Shown: piece by piece, positions 40,014 through 49,724 of the stretch
Layout: every line of letters begins with the position of its first letter
Numbering within the stretch: position 1 is the first letter of the stretch
Notes under the pieces: model-generated
Seen by the model: only the letters and a program-made list of their open reading frames with translations
Databases searched by the model: none
What the model was told of the DNA's origin: nothing
Program-made: the position numbers and the translations under genes
Assembly (NCBI GenBank): GCA_965213625.1
Contig: CBDBZU010000004.1
Location: 1,024,001 to 1,088,000 of the forward strand
From: a bacterium
GTDB lineage: Bacteria > UBA8248
Direction: 5' to 3'
DNA: 64,000 nucleotides

Positions 40014-41543
40014 TTAGTTCATGCCGAGCACACCGATCTCCCAGGGGAGGAGTGTTTCGTCGTGGCGCGGGATCCATTTCAGGTTCGAGCCATGGCCGAG
40101 CACGTCGTGGATCTTCACGACGATCTTGTGCGTAACCAGTTTTTTCATCAAGTCGGTTACGCCTTCGAATGCCATCTGCTGTTTTTTCGGGTCGACGGTG
40201 GCCGTGGCCGCGTCGATCGCCTTATCCAGCTCCGGGTAGCACATGCCGCTCCAGGGGCCCTTGCAGCTCGACGTTCCGCGAAGCACGGAAGTGGAGTCGC
40301 CCTGGCCGTTGCCGAAGCCCATGTAGTAGGCGGCGGCGCCTTTTCTCTTGCCGGCCTTGTAGGCGCGGTGCAGCTTCTTGAAGAGTGGGAAGCGCTGGGA
40401 GTTACACAGGGCGTCCACGCCGACTTTCTTGACCATGCCGGCGATGGCCTCACAAGTAGCCTTGTCGCCCGGGTAGCGGCCGTTCGTGGCGATGATCTCC
40501 ATCTTGAAGCCCTTGCCGTAGCCGGCTTCCTTCAAGAGGGCTTTCGCCTTGGCCGGGTCGTAGCCGTACCATTTTTTCTTCGGGTTATAGCCCGAGTAGT
40601 TCCAGGGATGGAGCATCTGACCGAACAGGTCGGCGCGCCCGCCCAGGATGGTCGTGCGAATCGCTTCTGCGTTGATGGCGTAGTTGATCGCTTTGCGTAC
40701 CTTCACGTTGGCCATCGGGCCGCCGTGTTTCGTGAAGAAGCCCATGTGCATGATGCGCACGGCGGGGACGACGGCGACTTTCGTCTTCGGGTTTTTCTCG
40801 AGTTGGGGGATGAACTGCGGCATGATGCCCCAGGCCACGTCGATCTCGCCCGCCTGAAGCGCCTTGGCGCGCGTGGCAGTCTCGCGGATGCGGCGGAGAA
40901 CGATGCGCTGCGGCCGTTTCGGGAAGTTCTTGTTGTTCCACCAGTTCGGGTTCGCATCGAACACCATCTTCTGGCCCTTGGTCCAGGATTTCAGAATGTA
41001 GGGACCCGTGCCATAGGTGTTGCGAGAGATGTGGGCGAGTTCCATGCCCTTGGTCTTCAGGCTGATGGGGCCGGCCCAGCGGGTCAGACGGTTCCACATG
41101 CCGCCGTCGGGTTCACTGTTGTGATAGATGAAGGTGTGATCGTCGATGACTTCGATTTTCTCGATGTTCTTGAAGTACTGCCTTTGCCGCGCGGACTTCA
41201 TAATACGGCTGATGGTGTACTTGAAGCTCTCCGCCGTGAAGGGCGAGCCATCCGAGAACTTGACGCCCTTTCTCAGGCTGAACTTCCATTTCAGGGGAGA
41301 GAGTTGCACCCACTTCGTGGCGAGCCAGGGCTTTTTCGCGCCCGTTCCGGTCTCGGCATGAAGAAGGGTGTCGTAGCTCCAACGCCAGACCATCGCGCCG
41401 ACGAAGTTCGAGACGCGGTGCGGGTCCATTGTCGGTGGTTCGCCCGAGAGGGCGATGGTGACGGTGCTTTTTGCATGCGCCGTCAGGGGCGCGCCCACCG
41501 CCAGAATGGCGAAGACGGCCAGGATTACGAGAAACTTCCGCAT
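40014..41543 (-). CDS. ABC transporter substrate-binding protein family 5, paralog 2 (tandem duplicate)
   Basis: Same length (509 aa) and largely identical to 38102-39631. Confidence 0.9.
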   Translation of the reverse strand: MRKFLVILAVFAILAVGAPLTAHAKSTVTIALSGEPPTMDPHRVSNFVGAMVWRWSYDTLLHAETGTGAKKPWLATKWVQLSPLKWKFSLRKGVKFSDGSPFTAESFKYTISRIMKSARQRQYFKNIEKIEVIDDHTFIYHNSEPDGGMWNRLTRWAGPISLKTKGMELAHISRNTYGTGPYILKSWTKGQKMVFDANPNWWNNKNFPKRPQRIVLRRIRETATRAKALQAGEIDVAWGIMPQFIPQLEKNPKTKVAVVPAVRIMHMGFFTKHGGPMANVKVRKAINYAINAEAIRTTILGGRADLFGQMLHPWNYSGYNPKKKWYGYDPAKAKALLKEAGYGKGFKMEIIATNGRYPGDKATCEAIAGMVKKVGVDALCNSQRFPLFKKLHRAYKAGKRKGAAAYYMGFGNGQGDSTSVLRGTSSCKGPWSGMCYPELDKAIDAATATVDPKKQQMAFEGVTDLMKKLVTHKIVVKIHDVLGHGSNLKWIPRHDETLLPWEIGVLGMN

Positions 41544-41782
41544 CGTTTTTCCTCCTTTAGGAAAAGTAAAGGGTCCAAAAACTTCACTTCTGTGAAGATG
41601 TAACTCCTTTTGATTGTTAATTTTTATGTAACCGAATGATGATTTTTATCATGGTTGCGAATCAAGCGTCAAAGCTTGGGCGGGTGCTCCGCCACAAAGT
41701 TTCCTTGTGAGCGCGCGGGCGTTGCGTGTATGGTTCCGGCACACACAATTCATGATTACAAATGAATCAAAGGAGGCTTTTC

Positions 41783-42958
41783 ATGGCGGCGGAGAACATC
41801 ATCGGCTCGTGGTTTCGTTATTTTCCAGAACACTATCTGTGGTCGCAGTTGATGAGCGGACAAATCAACATCTCCCCGATGGGGGGCTCGAACTTTCACG
41901 AACTCGATCAGATCGGCAAACGTTTGAGCGGACGCGCCGGCGACGCCGAAGCATGGCACGACGCCTGGGGCTGGATGTCGGACAAAACGCTGGCTCGCGC
42001 GGAGGATGAGGAGCGAAAGGGCCACACGCGCACCGCCATGTCGGCCTACGTGCGAAGCGCGATTTACCGCTACGCGAGCGAGCGTTTCGTCCATCCCGAT
42101 GATCCGAGGAAATCGGAATCCTATAGCAAACTCCTGCCCCATTACGAAAAAGGGATGAAATACCGCGTGCCCGGCTTCGAGCGCGTGGAAGTTCCTTATG
42201 AAGAAGGCCCGCTGGCGGCCTACCTGCTTCCGCCGAAAAACCCGACGGGCAATGATCCTTACGTCGCCTTTTTCGACGGGCTGGACGGCTCGAAGGAGAT
42301 CACCGTACTGTGGGGCGCGCTTGCCTTGATCGAACGCGGCGTCGGAGTGCTCTGCGTGGACGGGCCGGGGCAAGGCGAGACGCTCAGGCTGCGCAAGATA
42401 CCGAGCCGATTCGATTACGAGGTGGCAGGTTCCGCTGCGTTCGATTTTCTGGATGCGCGTCCCGAGGTGGATTCTACACGCATCGGACTTATGGCCATGA
42501 GCATGGGTGGATATTACGCGCCGCGCATCGCCGCCTTCGAGCACCGCTACGCGGCGTGCCTCACATGGGGGGCGCATTTCGACTATCACGAGGTCTGGGA
42601 GCACAGGAGAAAGGTGCTGGAAAGCGGCGGCACTATCTCCTCTTCCGCCATCTGGCAACTGCCCTGGGTGCTGGGCACGCCGGACATGGATACCGCGATG
42701 GAAAAGTGCAGGGCCTATACCCTGGAGGGCGTCTCTGAGAAGATACGCATGCCCATCTGCATCACCCACGGGCAGGATGACAACATCGTGCCTGTCGATA
42801 TGGCCCACAGGCTCTATGAGGCGTGCGGCTCGAAGGAAAAAGAACTCAAAATTTTCACCGTCGAGGACGGCGGCAGCCAGCATTGCGTATTCGACAACCT
42901 CCCGATGTGCGGCGAGTGGATCGCGGACTGGTGGATGGACAGGTTCGGTACGGCGTAG
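41783..42958 (+). CDS. Alpha/beta hydrolase (2,6-dihydroxypseudooxynicotine hydrolase/FrsA-like)
   Basis: GLDGSKE, DGPGQGE, nucleophile SMGGYYAPR and QHC motifs. Confidence 0.8.
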   Translation: MAAENIIGSWFRYFPEHYLWSQLMSGQINISPMGGSNFHELDQIGKRLSGRAGDAEAWHDAWGWMSDKTLARAEDEERKGHTRTAMSAYVRSAIYRYASERFVHPDDPRKSESYSKLLPHYEKGMKYRVPGFERVEVPYEEGPLAAYLLPPKNPTGNDPYVAFFDGLDGSKEITVLWGALALIERGVGVLCVDGPGQGETLRLRKIPSRFDYEVAGSAAFDFLDARPEVDSTRIGLMAMSMGGYYAPRIAAFEHRYAACLTWGAHFDYHEVWEHRRKVLESGGTISSSAIWQLPWVLGTPDMDTAMEKCRAYTLEGVSEKIRMPICITHGQDDNIVPVDMAHRLYEACGSKEKELKIFTVEDGGSQHCVFDNLPMCGEWIADWWMDRFGTA

Positions 42959-43031
42959 GACTGCTTTTTCAGGCGGGGGTTTCCTGACACGGAGGCCTCC
43001 GCCTTTATCTTGTTCCCATAAGGAGAAGAAA

Positions 43032-43439
43032 ATGGCGGAAGAAACCAGAGAAGAAAAGGTAAAGCGCATTACGGAGAAGATTCATGGCGACAGGGGGTTC
43101 GTGTATGACGTGCTCGGCTTCGGCGCGCAACTGGACCCGGATTATTTTGAGATCTATTCGCAGATGCACTGGGGGTTTTTCAAGGAAGAGCCGCGCCATC
43201 TGGAGCCTAAGACGCGTGAACTCATCGAAATCGGCCTGCTCGCCTTCAAGGGCATGAAGCATGAGGTCTACACCCATACCAAAAAGGCGCTGCGCCTGGG
43301 CGCGACGATGGAAGAGGCGCTCGAGGCGTTCGAGGTAGCGAGCATCGGCGGCGGGGCGCCCGTGTTGATGGAAGGCCTCTACGCGCTCAAGCGCATCGCC
43401 GACGAGCAGGCCGAAGAGGAAAAGGCGAAATCCGGCTGA
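43032..43439 (+). CDS. Carboxymuconolactone decarboxylase family protein
   Basis: LEPKTRELI and HTKKALRLGATMEE..EA motifs; RBS AGGAG. Confidence 0.8.
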   Translation: MAEETREEKVKRITEKIHGDRGFVYDVLGFGAQLDPDYFEIYSQMHWGFFKEEPRHLEPKTRELIEIGLLAFKGMKHEVYTHTKKALRLGATMEEALEAFEVASIGGGAPVLMEGLYALKRIADEQAEEEKAKSG

Positions 43440-43522
43440 GCGCTGGCCCGACGGGCTGATTTGTGAGAATCTTAAAAACTCCGGATGAAAAACTTAATCC
43501 TCCCGCGCAAGGAGAACATCTA

Positions 43523-44491
43523 TTGTCTGAAGAAAAAGCGCCTCTGGGCGATGAGCGCATGCAGACGATGTACCGCGATATGCTGCGCATACGCCGCTTC
43601 GAGGAGACGGCGTTCGAGTTGTTCGAACAAGGCGAAGTGGTGGGCGGCATCCACGTGAGCATCGGGCAGGAGGGCTGCTCGGTCGGCGCGTGCAGTACGC
43701 TCCGAGAAGACGATGCGATTCTCACCACTCACCGGGGCCACGGCCATTCCATCGCCAAGGGAACGCGCCTGCCCGAGATGATGGCGGAGCTTCTGGGCAA
43801 GGCGACGGGGCTTTGCCACGCCAAGGGCGGCTCCATGCACATTGCCGACGTGTCGAAGGGCCACTACGGGGCGCATTCCATCGTGGGCTCGAACATGCCC
43901 ATGGGAGTGGGCATCGGCCTCGCCTTTCATTTCGATGGCAAGGGCCAGGTGGCGGTCATCTTTTTCGGCGACGGCGCAGCGAACGAGGGCAGCTTTCACG
44001 AGTCGATGAACCTGGCCGCGATATGGAAACTCCCCGTCATCTTCTTTTGCGAGAACAATCATTTCGCCTCGAGCACCCGGGTGGGGTACGCCACTTCGGT
44101 GGCGGACATCAGCGCGCGGGCGGCGGGCTACGACATACCCGGCGTGACGGTGGACGGCATGGACGTGCTTGCTGTCAATGAGGTGATGGTCGAGGCCGTG
44201 GATCGCGCGAGGAGGGGCCTGGGCCCCAGCCTCGTCGAGGCGAAGACTTACCGGTATTTCGGCCATTCGAGAAAAGACCCGCAGTTCGGACCGTACCGCA
44301 CGGAGGAGGAGTGGAAGGAGTGGAAGGCGAAAGACCCCCTCCTCGTGGCGGAGAAGATACTCGGCGTGAGCGAGGCGCAGAAAAAAGCGCACGATGAAGC
44401 GGTGGAAAATGAGTTGCAGGATGCGCTCTCCTTCGCGCGGCAAAGTCCCGAACCCGAACCCGACGATGTGTATGAGGATTTATATGCCTGA
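43523..44491 (+). CDS. ThDP-dependent dehydrogenase E1 alpha subunit (AcoA/PdhA-like), copy 1
   Basis: GQE, THRGHGH, KGGSMH, GDGA.NEG..HE, CENN and YRYFGHS motifs; start approximate. Confidence 0.9.
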   Translation: MSEEKAPLGDERMQTMYRDMLRIRRFEETAFELFEQGEVVGGIHVSIGQEGCSVGACSTLREDDAILTTHRGHGHSIAKGTRLPEMMAELLGKATGLCHAKGGSMHIADVSKGHYGAHSIVGSNMPMGVGIGLAFHFDGKGQVAVIFFGDGAANEGSFHESMNLAAIWKLPVIFFCENNHFASSTRVGYATSVADISARAAGYDIPGVTVDGMDVLAVNEVMVEAVDRARRGLGPSLVEAKTYRYFGHSRKDPQFGPYRTEEEWKEWKAKDPLLVAEKILGVSEAQKKAHDEAVENELQDALSFARQSPEPEPDDVYEDLYA

Positions 44492-45470
44492 TGTGAAGAC
44501 GCGAACCATTTCATACTCTACTGCGATTAACGAGGCGCTCCATGAGGAGATGGCGCGCGACGAAAAAGTGTTCCTGATGGGGGAAGATGTCGCGCTCTCC
44601 GCCATATCGCCCGCCACGGCGGGTCTGGGCGACAGGTTCGGCCACGAGCGGGTTCGCAACACGCCCATCAGCGAACTCGGTTTCACCGGAGCGGCCGTCG
44701 GCGCCGCGATGGCGGGCTATCGGCCCGTGCTCGACATGCGGCGCATCGATTTCATGATGCTGGCCATCGACCCCATCGCGAACCAGGCGGCCAAGCTGCG
44801 CTACATGCTCGGTGGCCAGGTGAGCATACCGCTGGTCATCCGGGCGCCAGAGGGCGGCGGTTCCCAGAACGGCCCGACGCACAGCCAGTGCCTCGAGGCC
44901 TGGTTCATCCAGGTGCCGGGCCTGCGCGTCATCGTGCCGAGCGACCCCGCCGACGCAAAAGGGCTATTGAAATCAGCGATCCGGGAGGACAACCCCGTGC
45001 TCTTCGTGGAATACCGCGCGCTCTATTCCCTGGAAGGCCCCGTGCCGGAGGGCGACCATACCGAGCCCATCGGGAAGGCAGCGGTCAAAAGAGAAGGAAG
45101 CGACATCACCTTGATCGGCATCGGAAGCCAGGCGCGCAGTTGTCTCGAAGCAGCGGAGTTGCTCGCGGGCGAGGGGGTCGACGCCGAGGTGGTGGACCCC
45201 AGGACCATCAATCCCCTGGATGTGGAGGGGCTTGCGGATTCAGTGCGTAAAACAGGTCGTTGCATCGTAGCCGAAGAAGGGCACAAGAGCGGCGGGGTGG
45301 GCGCCGAGATCGCGGCCTCGATGCAGGAGGCGGCATTCGGCGCACTCAAGACTCCCATCGTCCGCGTGGCTGCCCTCGACGTGCCCGTGCCCGTTCACAC
45401 GAAACTCGAAGCCATCGTCCTGCCAAACACGGAGAAAATCGTGGCGGCGGCGAAAAAAGTCCTTTCATAG
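44484..45470 (+). CDS. ThDP-dependent dehydrogenase E1 beta subunit, copy 1
   Basis: MGEDV, TPISE, NQAAK and DAKGLLK motifs. Confidence 0.9.
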   Translation: MPDVKTRTISYSTAINEALHEEMARDEKVFLMGEDVALSAISPATAGLGDRFGHERVRNTPISELGFTGAAVGAAMAGYRPVLDMRRIDFMMLAIDPIANQAAKLRYMLGGQVSIPLVIRAPEGGGSQNGPTHSQCLEAWFIQVPGLRVIVPSDPADAKGLLKSAIREDNPVLFVEYRALYSLEGPVPEGDHTEPIGKAAVKREGSDITLIGIGSQARSCLEAAELLAGEGVDAEVVDPRTINPLDVEGLADSVRKTGRCIVAEEGHKSGGVGAEIAASMQEAAFGALKTPIVRVAALDVPVPVHTKLEAIVLPNTEKIVAAAKKVLS

Positions 45471-45481
45471 AGGAATTCTTC

Positions 45482-46450
45482 TTGGCCAGGTCGACTTCCA
45501 GGTTATCCCGAAAACGCCTGGGCGAAATGTACCGCACCATGCTCCGGATCCGCCGTTTCGAGGAGACGGCGGATGATCTCTATATGGCGGGCAAGGTGGT
45601 GGGCGGGGTGCACGTGAGCATCGGCCAGGAGGCGTGTTCCGCCGGCGTATGCGCGGCCTTGCGGGAGGATGACGCCGTGCTCACCACCCACCGGGGGCAT
45701 GGACACTCCATCGCCAAGGGAACGCGCCTGCCCGAGATGCTGGCCGAACTGATGGGCAAGGTGACCGGCCTTTGCCGCTCCAAGGGCGGCTCGATGCACA
45801 TTGCCGACGTGTCGAAGGGCCACTACGGGGCGCATTCCATCGTGGGGGCGAACATGCCGATGGCGGCGGGCATCGGCCTCGCGTATCAACTCGAGGGAAA
45901 AGGCCAGGTGGCGGTGGTCTTCTTCGGCGACGGGGCTTCGAACAACGGAGCGTTTCACGAGGCGATGAACCTGTGCGCCATCTGGAAGCTGCCGGTGGTC
46001 TTTTTCTGCGAGAACAACCAGTACGCCGTCAGCGTGCCGGCGGAGTATTCCACATCGGTGGAGGACATCAGCGTGCGCTCGAAGGGCTACGACGCTCCCG
46101 GCCTGACGGTGGACGGCATGGACGTGGCGGCGGTGTATGAGGCGAGCCGCGAGGCCGTGGCGCACGCGCGGCGCGGTCTGGGGCCGAGCCTCGTCGAGGC
46201 GAAGACCTACCGGTTTTTCGGCCACTCGCGCGGCGATCCGCACTACGGCATGTACCGGACGAAAGAGGAATGGGAGGGCTGGAAAGGGAGAGACCCCCTC
46301 ATCGTGTGCGAGAAGATGCTCAAAATGACGGCGAAGCAGAAGAAGGCGCATGCCGACGCGGTGGAGGCGGAGATACGCGAAGCCATCGAGTTTGCGGAGA
46401 GTAGTCCCGAGCCCGAGGAAAGCGTGGCGCTCGAGGACATCTTCGCCTGA
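45482..46450 (+). CDS. ThDP-dependent dehydrogenase E1 alpha subunit, copy 2
   Basis: Same motifs as copy 1; TTG start after GAGGA. Confidence 0.9.
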   Translation: MARSTSRLSRKRLGEMYRTMLRIRRFEETADDLYMAGKVVGGVHVSIGQEACSAGVCAALREDDAVLTTHRGHGHSIAKGTRLPEMLAELMGKVTGLCRSKGGSMHIADVSKGHYGAHSIVGANMPMAAGIGLAYQLEGKGQVAVVFFGDGASNNGAFHEAMNLCAIWKLPVVFFCENNQYAVSVPAEYSTSVEDISVRSKGYDAPGLTVDGMDVAAVYEASREAVAHARRGLGPSLVEAKTYRFFGHSRGDPHYGMYRTKEEWEGWKGRDPLIVCEKMLKMTAKQKKAHADAVEAEIREAIEFAESSPEPEESVALEDIFA

Positions 46451-46463
46451 GAGGGAACGCGGG

Positions 46464-47447
46464 ATGCCTGAACTCACATACGTCGAAGCCCTGAACGAGG
46501 CGCTCCATGAAGAGATGGCGCGCGATGAGAAGGTATTCCTCATGGGCGAGGACGTGGCGTTCGATTATTTCGGCGTGTGCTCGGGGCTGGCCGATCGCTT
46601 CGGCCGGGACCGGGTGCGCGATACGCCCATCTGCGAACTTGGCTTCACGGGCGCAGGCGTGGGCGCGGCGATGGCGGGCTTTCGCCCCATCGTGGATTTG
46701 CGATTCATGGATTTCACCACCTACGCGCTCGACCCCATCGTGAACCAGGCGGCGAAGCTGCGCTACATGCTGGGTGGGCAGCTCTCGGTTCCCATGGTGG
46801 CGCGGATACCCAGCGGCGCGGGTCTTCAATACGGGGCGACGCACGGGCAATCGCTCGAAGCGTGGTTCATGCAGGTGCCGGGCCTGAAAGTCCTCTACCC
46901 AAGCTGTCCATCCGACGCCAAGGGTCTGCTCAAGGCCGCCGTTCGGGATGACAATCCGGTCATGTTCATCGAACACAGGCTGCTTTACGCGCAAAAGACG
47001 AAGCAAAACGTTCCCGAAGGCGATTACACCACACCCATCGGTGTGGCTGAAGTGAAGCGCGCGGGCGCGGACGCCACCATCGTGGGAATCGGCTATCAGA
47101 TGGGCCATTGCCTGGAGGCGGCGGAGGCTCTGGCGGGAGAGGGAATCGAGTGCGAGGTCATCGACCCGCGCTCGCTCACGCCCCTGGACGTGGAGACCAT
47201 CACGGCCTCCGTGCGCAAGACGAGCCGCTGCGTCATCGTTGAAGAAGGTCACCTGAGGAGCGGCGTGGGGGCCGAGATTTCAGCCGCCATACAGGAGGCG
47301 GTCTTCGAGTACCTCGACGCGCCCATCGGCCGCGTGGCCGCGCTCATGGCGCCGATTCCCGTTCAGACGAAACTCGAGAAATTTGTGCTCCCCAGCACGG
47401 AGAAAGTCATCGCGGCCGTCCGCAAGGCGCTGGGTGTCTCCGCCTGA
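46464..47447 (+). CDS. ThDP-dependent dehydrogenase E1 beta subunit, copy 2
   Basis: MGEDV, TPICE, NQAAK and DAKGLLK motifs. Confidence 0.9.
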   Translation: MPELTYVEALNEALHEEMARDEKVFLMGEDVAFDYFGVCSGLADRFGRDRVRDTPICELGFTGAGVGAAMAGFRPIVDLRFMDFTTYALDPIVNQAAKLRYMLGGQLSVPMVARIPSGAGLQYGATHGQSLEAWFMQVPGLKVLYPSCPSDAKGLLKAAVRDDNPVMFIEHRLLYAQKTKQNVPEGDYTTPIGVAEVKRAGADATIVGIGYQMGHCLEAAEALAGEGIECEVIDPRSLTPLDVETITASVRKTSRCVIVEEGHLRSGVGAEISAAIQEAVFEYLDAPIGRVAALMAPIPVQTKLEKFVLPSTEKVIAAVRKALGVSA

Positions 47448-47450
47448 TCC

Positions 47451-48434
47451 TCAGTCCTGAGCGACGATGGGGTTTCGCAAGACCCCCACATGCTCGACCT
47501 CGCATTCCACAACGTCTCCCGGCTTGAGGAGGAAGGGTTCCGGGTCTTCCTGCTCCAGGGCCACGCCGCAGAACGTGCCCGATGAGATGATGTCTCCCGG
47601 CTCCAGCGACATCTGGCTGTAGAAGGCGATTAGCTCGGGTATCTTGAAGATCATGTCGGTCAGCAGTTCATCCTGGCGCGTCTTGCCGTTCACCCGGCAC
47701 TGCACGTGGAGCGATTCGGGGTTCGGCACCTCGTCCGCCGTGACGATGTAGGGGCCGATGGGATTTGTGGTGTCGAAGTTCTTGCCAAGGAACACGCCGC
47801 CCAGAGCGGCGGAGCGTTGCACCTCGCGCGCCGTGATATCGTTGTAGACCGTGTAGCCCATAATGACGTCGAAGGCGTTTTCGGGCTTCACGTCCTTACA
47901 GTGTTTGCCGATGATGAATCCGACTTCCACCTCATAATCCAGCATCTTTGTCTGCTTGGGATAGAGCACGGGCTCTTCGTGGCCGACGAGCGAAGTGTCG
48001 AAGCGCGGCGCGCCCGGCACGTTATCGGGGACTGCATGGCCCGTGTTTGCGACGTGCTTGTTCGAGTTGAGTCCGGTGTGGAAGAACTTGCCGGGATGGG
48101 GGATCGGCGCCCTCAAGCGAACGTGCCTGTCCTTCAGGGCGGCGAGTTCGCCATCCGGCCCCGCAGGTTCTCCGCCGGCGGCGATAATGGCCTCCGCATT
48201 TCCGAGCGCCGCGCCCGCCGCCGCCATGGCCGGTTCTCCGCCGCAGAGAAAATCGCGCATATCCCGTGGAATCCGCGCGTTCGCCATGGCGTAGGGACGT
48301 CCTTCCCCCTCTTTTTCCACGAGATAGCTCGCATAGGCGAGCCGCAGGTCGAGCATCCTCCCGTCATTCAGGACGGCGCCCAAGCGGTCTCCGGTGGCGC
48401 CAGGCGATAGGTTCTGGTAGGTGGCGAGTTTCAT
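47451..48434 (-). CDS. Fumarylacetoacetate hydrolase family protein
   Basis: LDYEVE, NDITAR, GKNFD, PGDII.SGT and LRNP motifs. Confidence 0.88.
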   Translation of the reverse strand: MKLATYQNLSPGATGDRLGAVLNDGRMLDLRLAYASYLVEKEGEGRPYAMANARIPRDMRDFLCGGEPAMAAAGAALGNAEAIIAAGGEPAGPDGELAALKDRHVRLRAPIPHPGKFFHTGLNSNKHVANTGHAVPDNVPGAPRFDTSLVGHEEPVLYPKQTKMLDYEVEVGFIIGKHCKDVKPENAFDVIMGYTVYNDITAREVQRSAALGGVFLGKNFDTTNPIGPYIVTADEVPNPESLHVQCRVNGKTRQDELLTDMIFKIPELIAFYSQMSLEPGDIISSGTFCGVALEQEDPEPFLLKPGDVVECEVEHVGVLRNPIVAQD

Positions 48435-48688
48435 GGACGTCTCCTTTCGGTGATGGAAGCTAAGAATCGCGCATGTATGGGGGGACGCGCATCGCAATTT
48501 CCGCATCCTACAGAACGAAAGCGCGCGTTGTCCATGAAGTGGTGAGCTGCACGGCGTATGGAGAATTGGAAGGTTTTTGGTTTTGCACAAGCGTGACGGC
48601 TCTTGACGAGCCGGGGAAAGAAAGAGATAACTGGAGAATCACATAAAAGCGTTGTATTTGTTTATCGTTTTTCGGTAAGGGTTTCATC

Positions 48689-49708
48689 ATGCGTACTTAT
48701 ATCATCAGACGCTGCCTGCAAAGTTTCATTGTGTTCGGTGCGATATTGATCATCGTGTTCTCGATGCTCCAGATTACCGGGAACCCCGCAGCCGTCCTCA
48801 TGCCGCTCGATTCCACGGAAGAGGACATCCAGGCCTTCAGCAAGGAGATGGGCTTCGATCAGCCCATACCGATCCAGTTCGCCAAGTTCATCCTTGGCTC
48901 GGACCTGGTGGACAATTTGCTCGGCTCCGAAAGAGAGAAAGAGAAAATCGATGAACTCGAGCGCGACCCCGACGCGCCCAAGATCGTCAGGACCAAGGGC
49001 GTGATTCGAGGCGATTTCGGTTTCTCCTACCGCCACGAGATACCGGCGATGGGCCTCGTGCTCGAGCATTTCCCGAACACGGTTCTCTTGGCCCTGGTGG
49101 CGGTCCTGATCGCCGTGGTGATCTCCATACCCGCCGGGGTCTTGTCGGCGACTTTCCGCAACACGTGGATCGACTACACCAGCTCGGTCGGTGCGATGTT
49201 CGGCCAGTCGATGCCGAACTTCTGGCTCGGTCTTGTGCTCATCATCGTCTTCGCCGTTTATCTGGGCTGGCTGCCCACGTCGGGTTACGATGCCTGGTAT
49301 TACATCATCCTGCCGTCGATCACGGCGGGTCTTTACGCCACCGCGCGCATTACGCGTCTGGTGCGCTCCCAGATGCTCGACGTGCTGGGCATGGACTACG
49401 TGCGTACGGCGCGCTCGAAGGGAATCGTGGAGTGGCTCGTGGTAGTGCGCCACGCGCTCAAGAACGCGTCGATTCCCGTCGTCACCCTGGTGGGTTTCGA
49501 ACTGGGCATTCTGTTGGGCGGCACGGTGGTGACCGAAGCCGTTTTCGCGTGGCCGGGCGTGGGATTTCTGGTGGTGGACGCCATCAATAACCAGGACTAC
49601 CCCATCGTCCAGGCGGCGGTGGCGTTGCTTGCGTTCGTGTTCGTTTTCGTGAATCTCGTGGTCGACATCTTGTACGCATGGCTCGACCCGAGGATTTCCT
49701 ATAGCTAG
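48689..49708 (+). CDS. Peptide/nickel ABC permease (DppB-like)
   Basis: GDFGFSY, DYVRTARSKG, HALKNA and LDPRI motifs. Confidence 0.9.
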   Translation: MRTYIIRRCLQSFIVFGAILIIVFSMLQITGNPAAVLMPLDSTEEDIQAFSKEMGFDQPIPIQFAKFILGSDLVDNLLGSEREKEKIDELERDPDAPKIVRTKGVIRGDFGFSYRHEIPAMGLVLEHFPNTVLLALVAVLIAVVISIPAGVLSATFRNTWIDYTSSVGAMFGQSMPNFWLGLVLIIVFAVYLGWLPTSGYDAWYYIILPSITAGLYATARITRLVRSQMLDVLGMDYVRTARSKGIVEWLVVVRHALKNASIPVVTLVGFELGILLGGTVVTEAVFAWPGVGFLVVDAINNQDYPIVQAAVALLAFVFVFVNLVVDILYAWLDPRISYS

Positions 49709-49724
49709 AGGATAAGGACACGCG

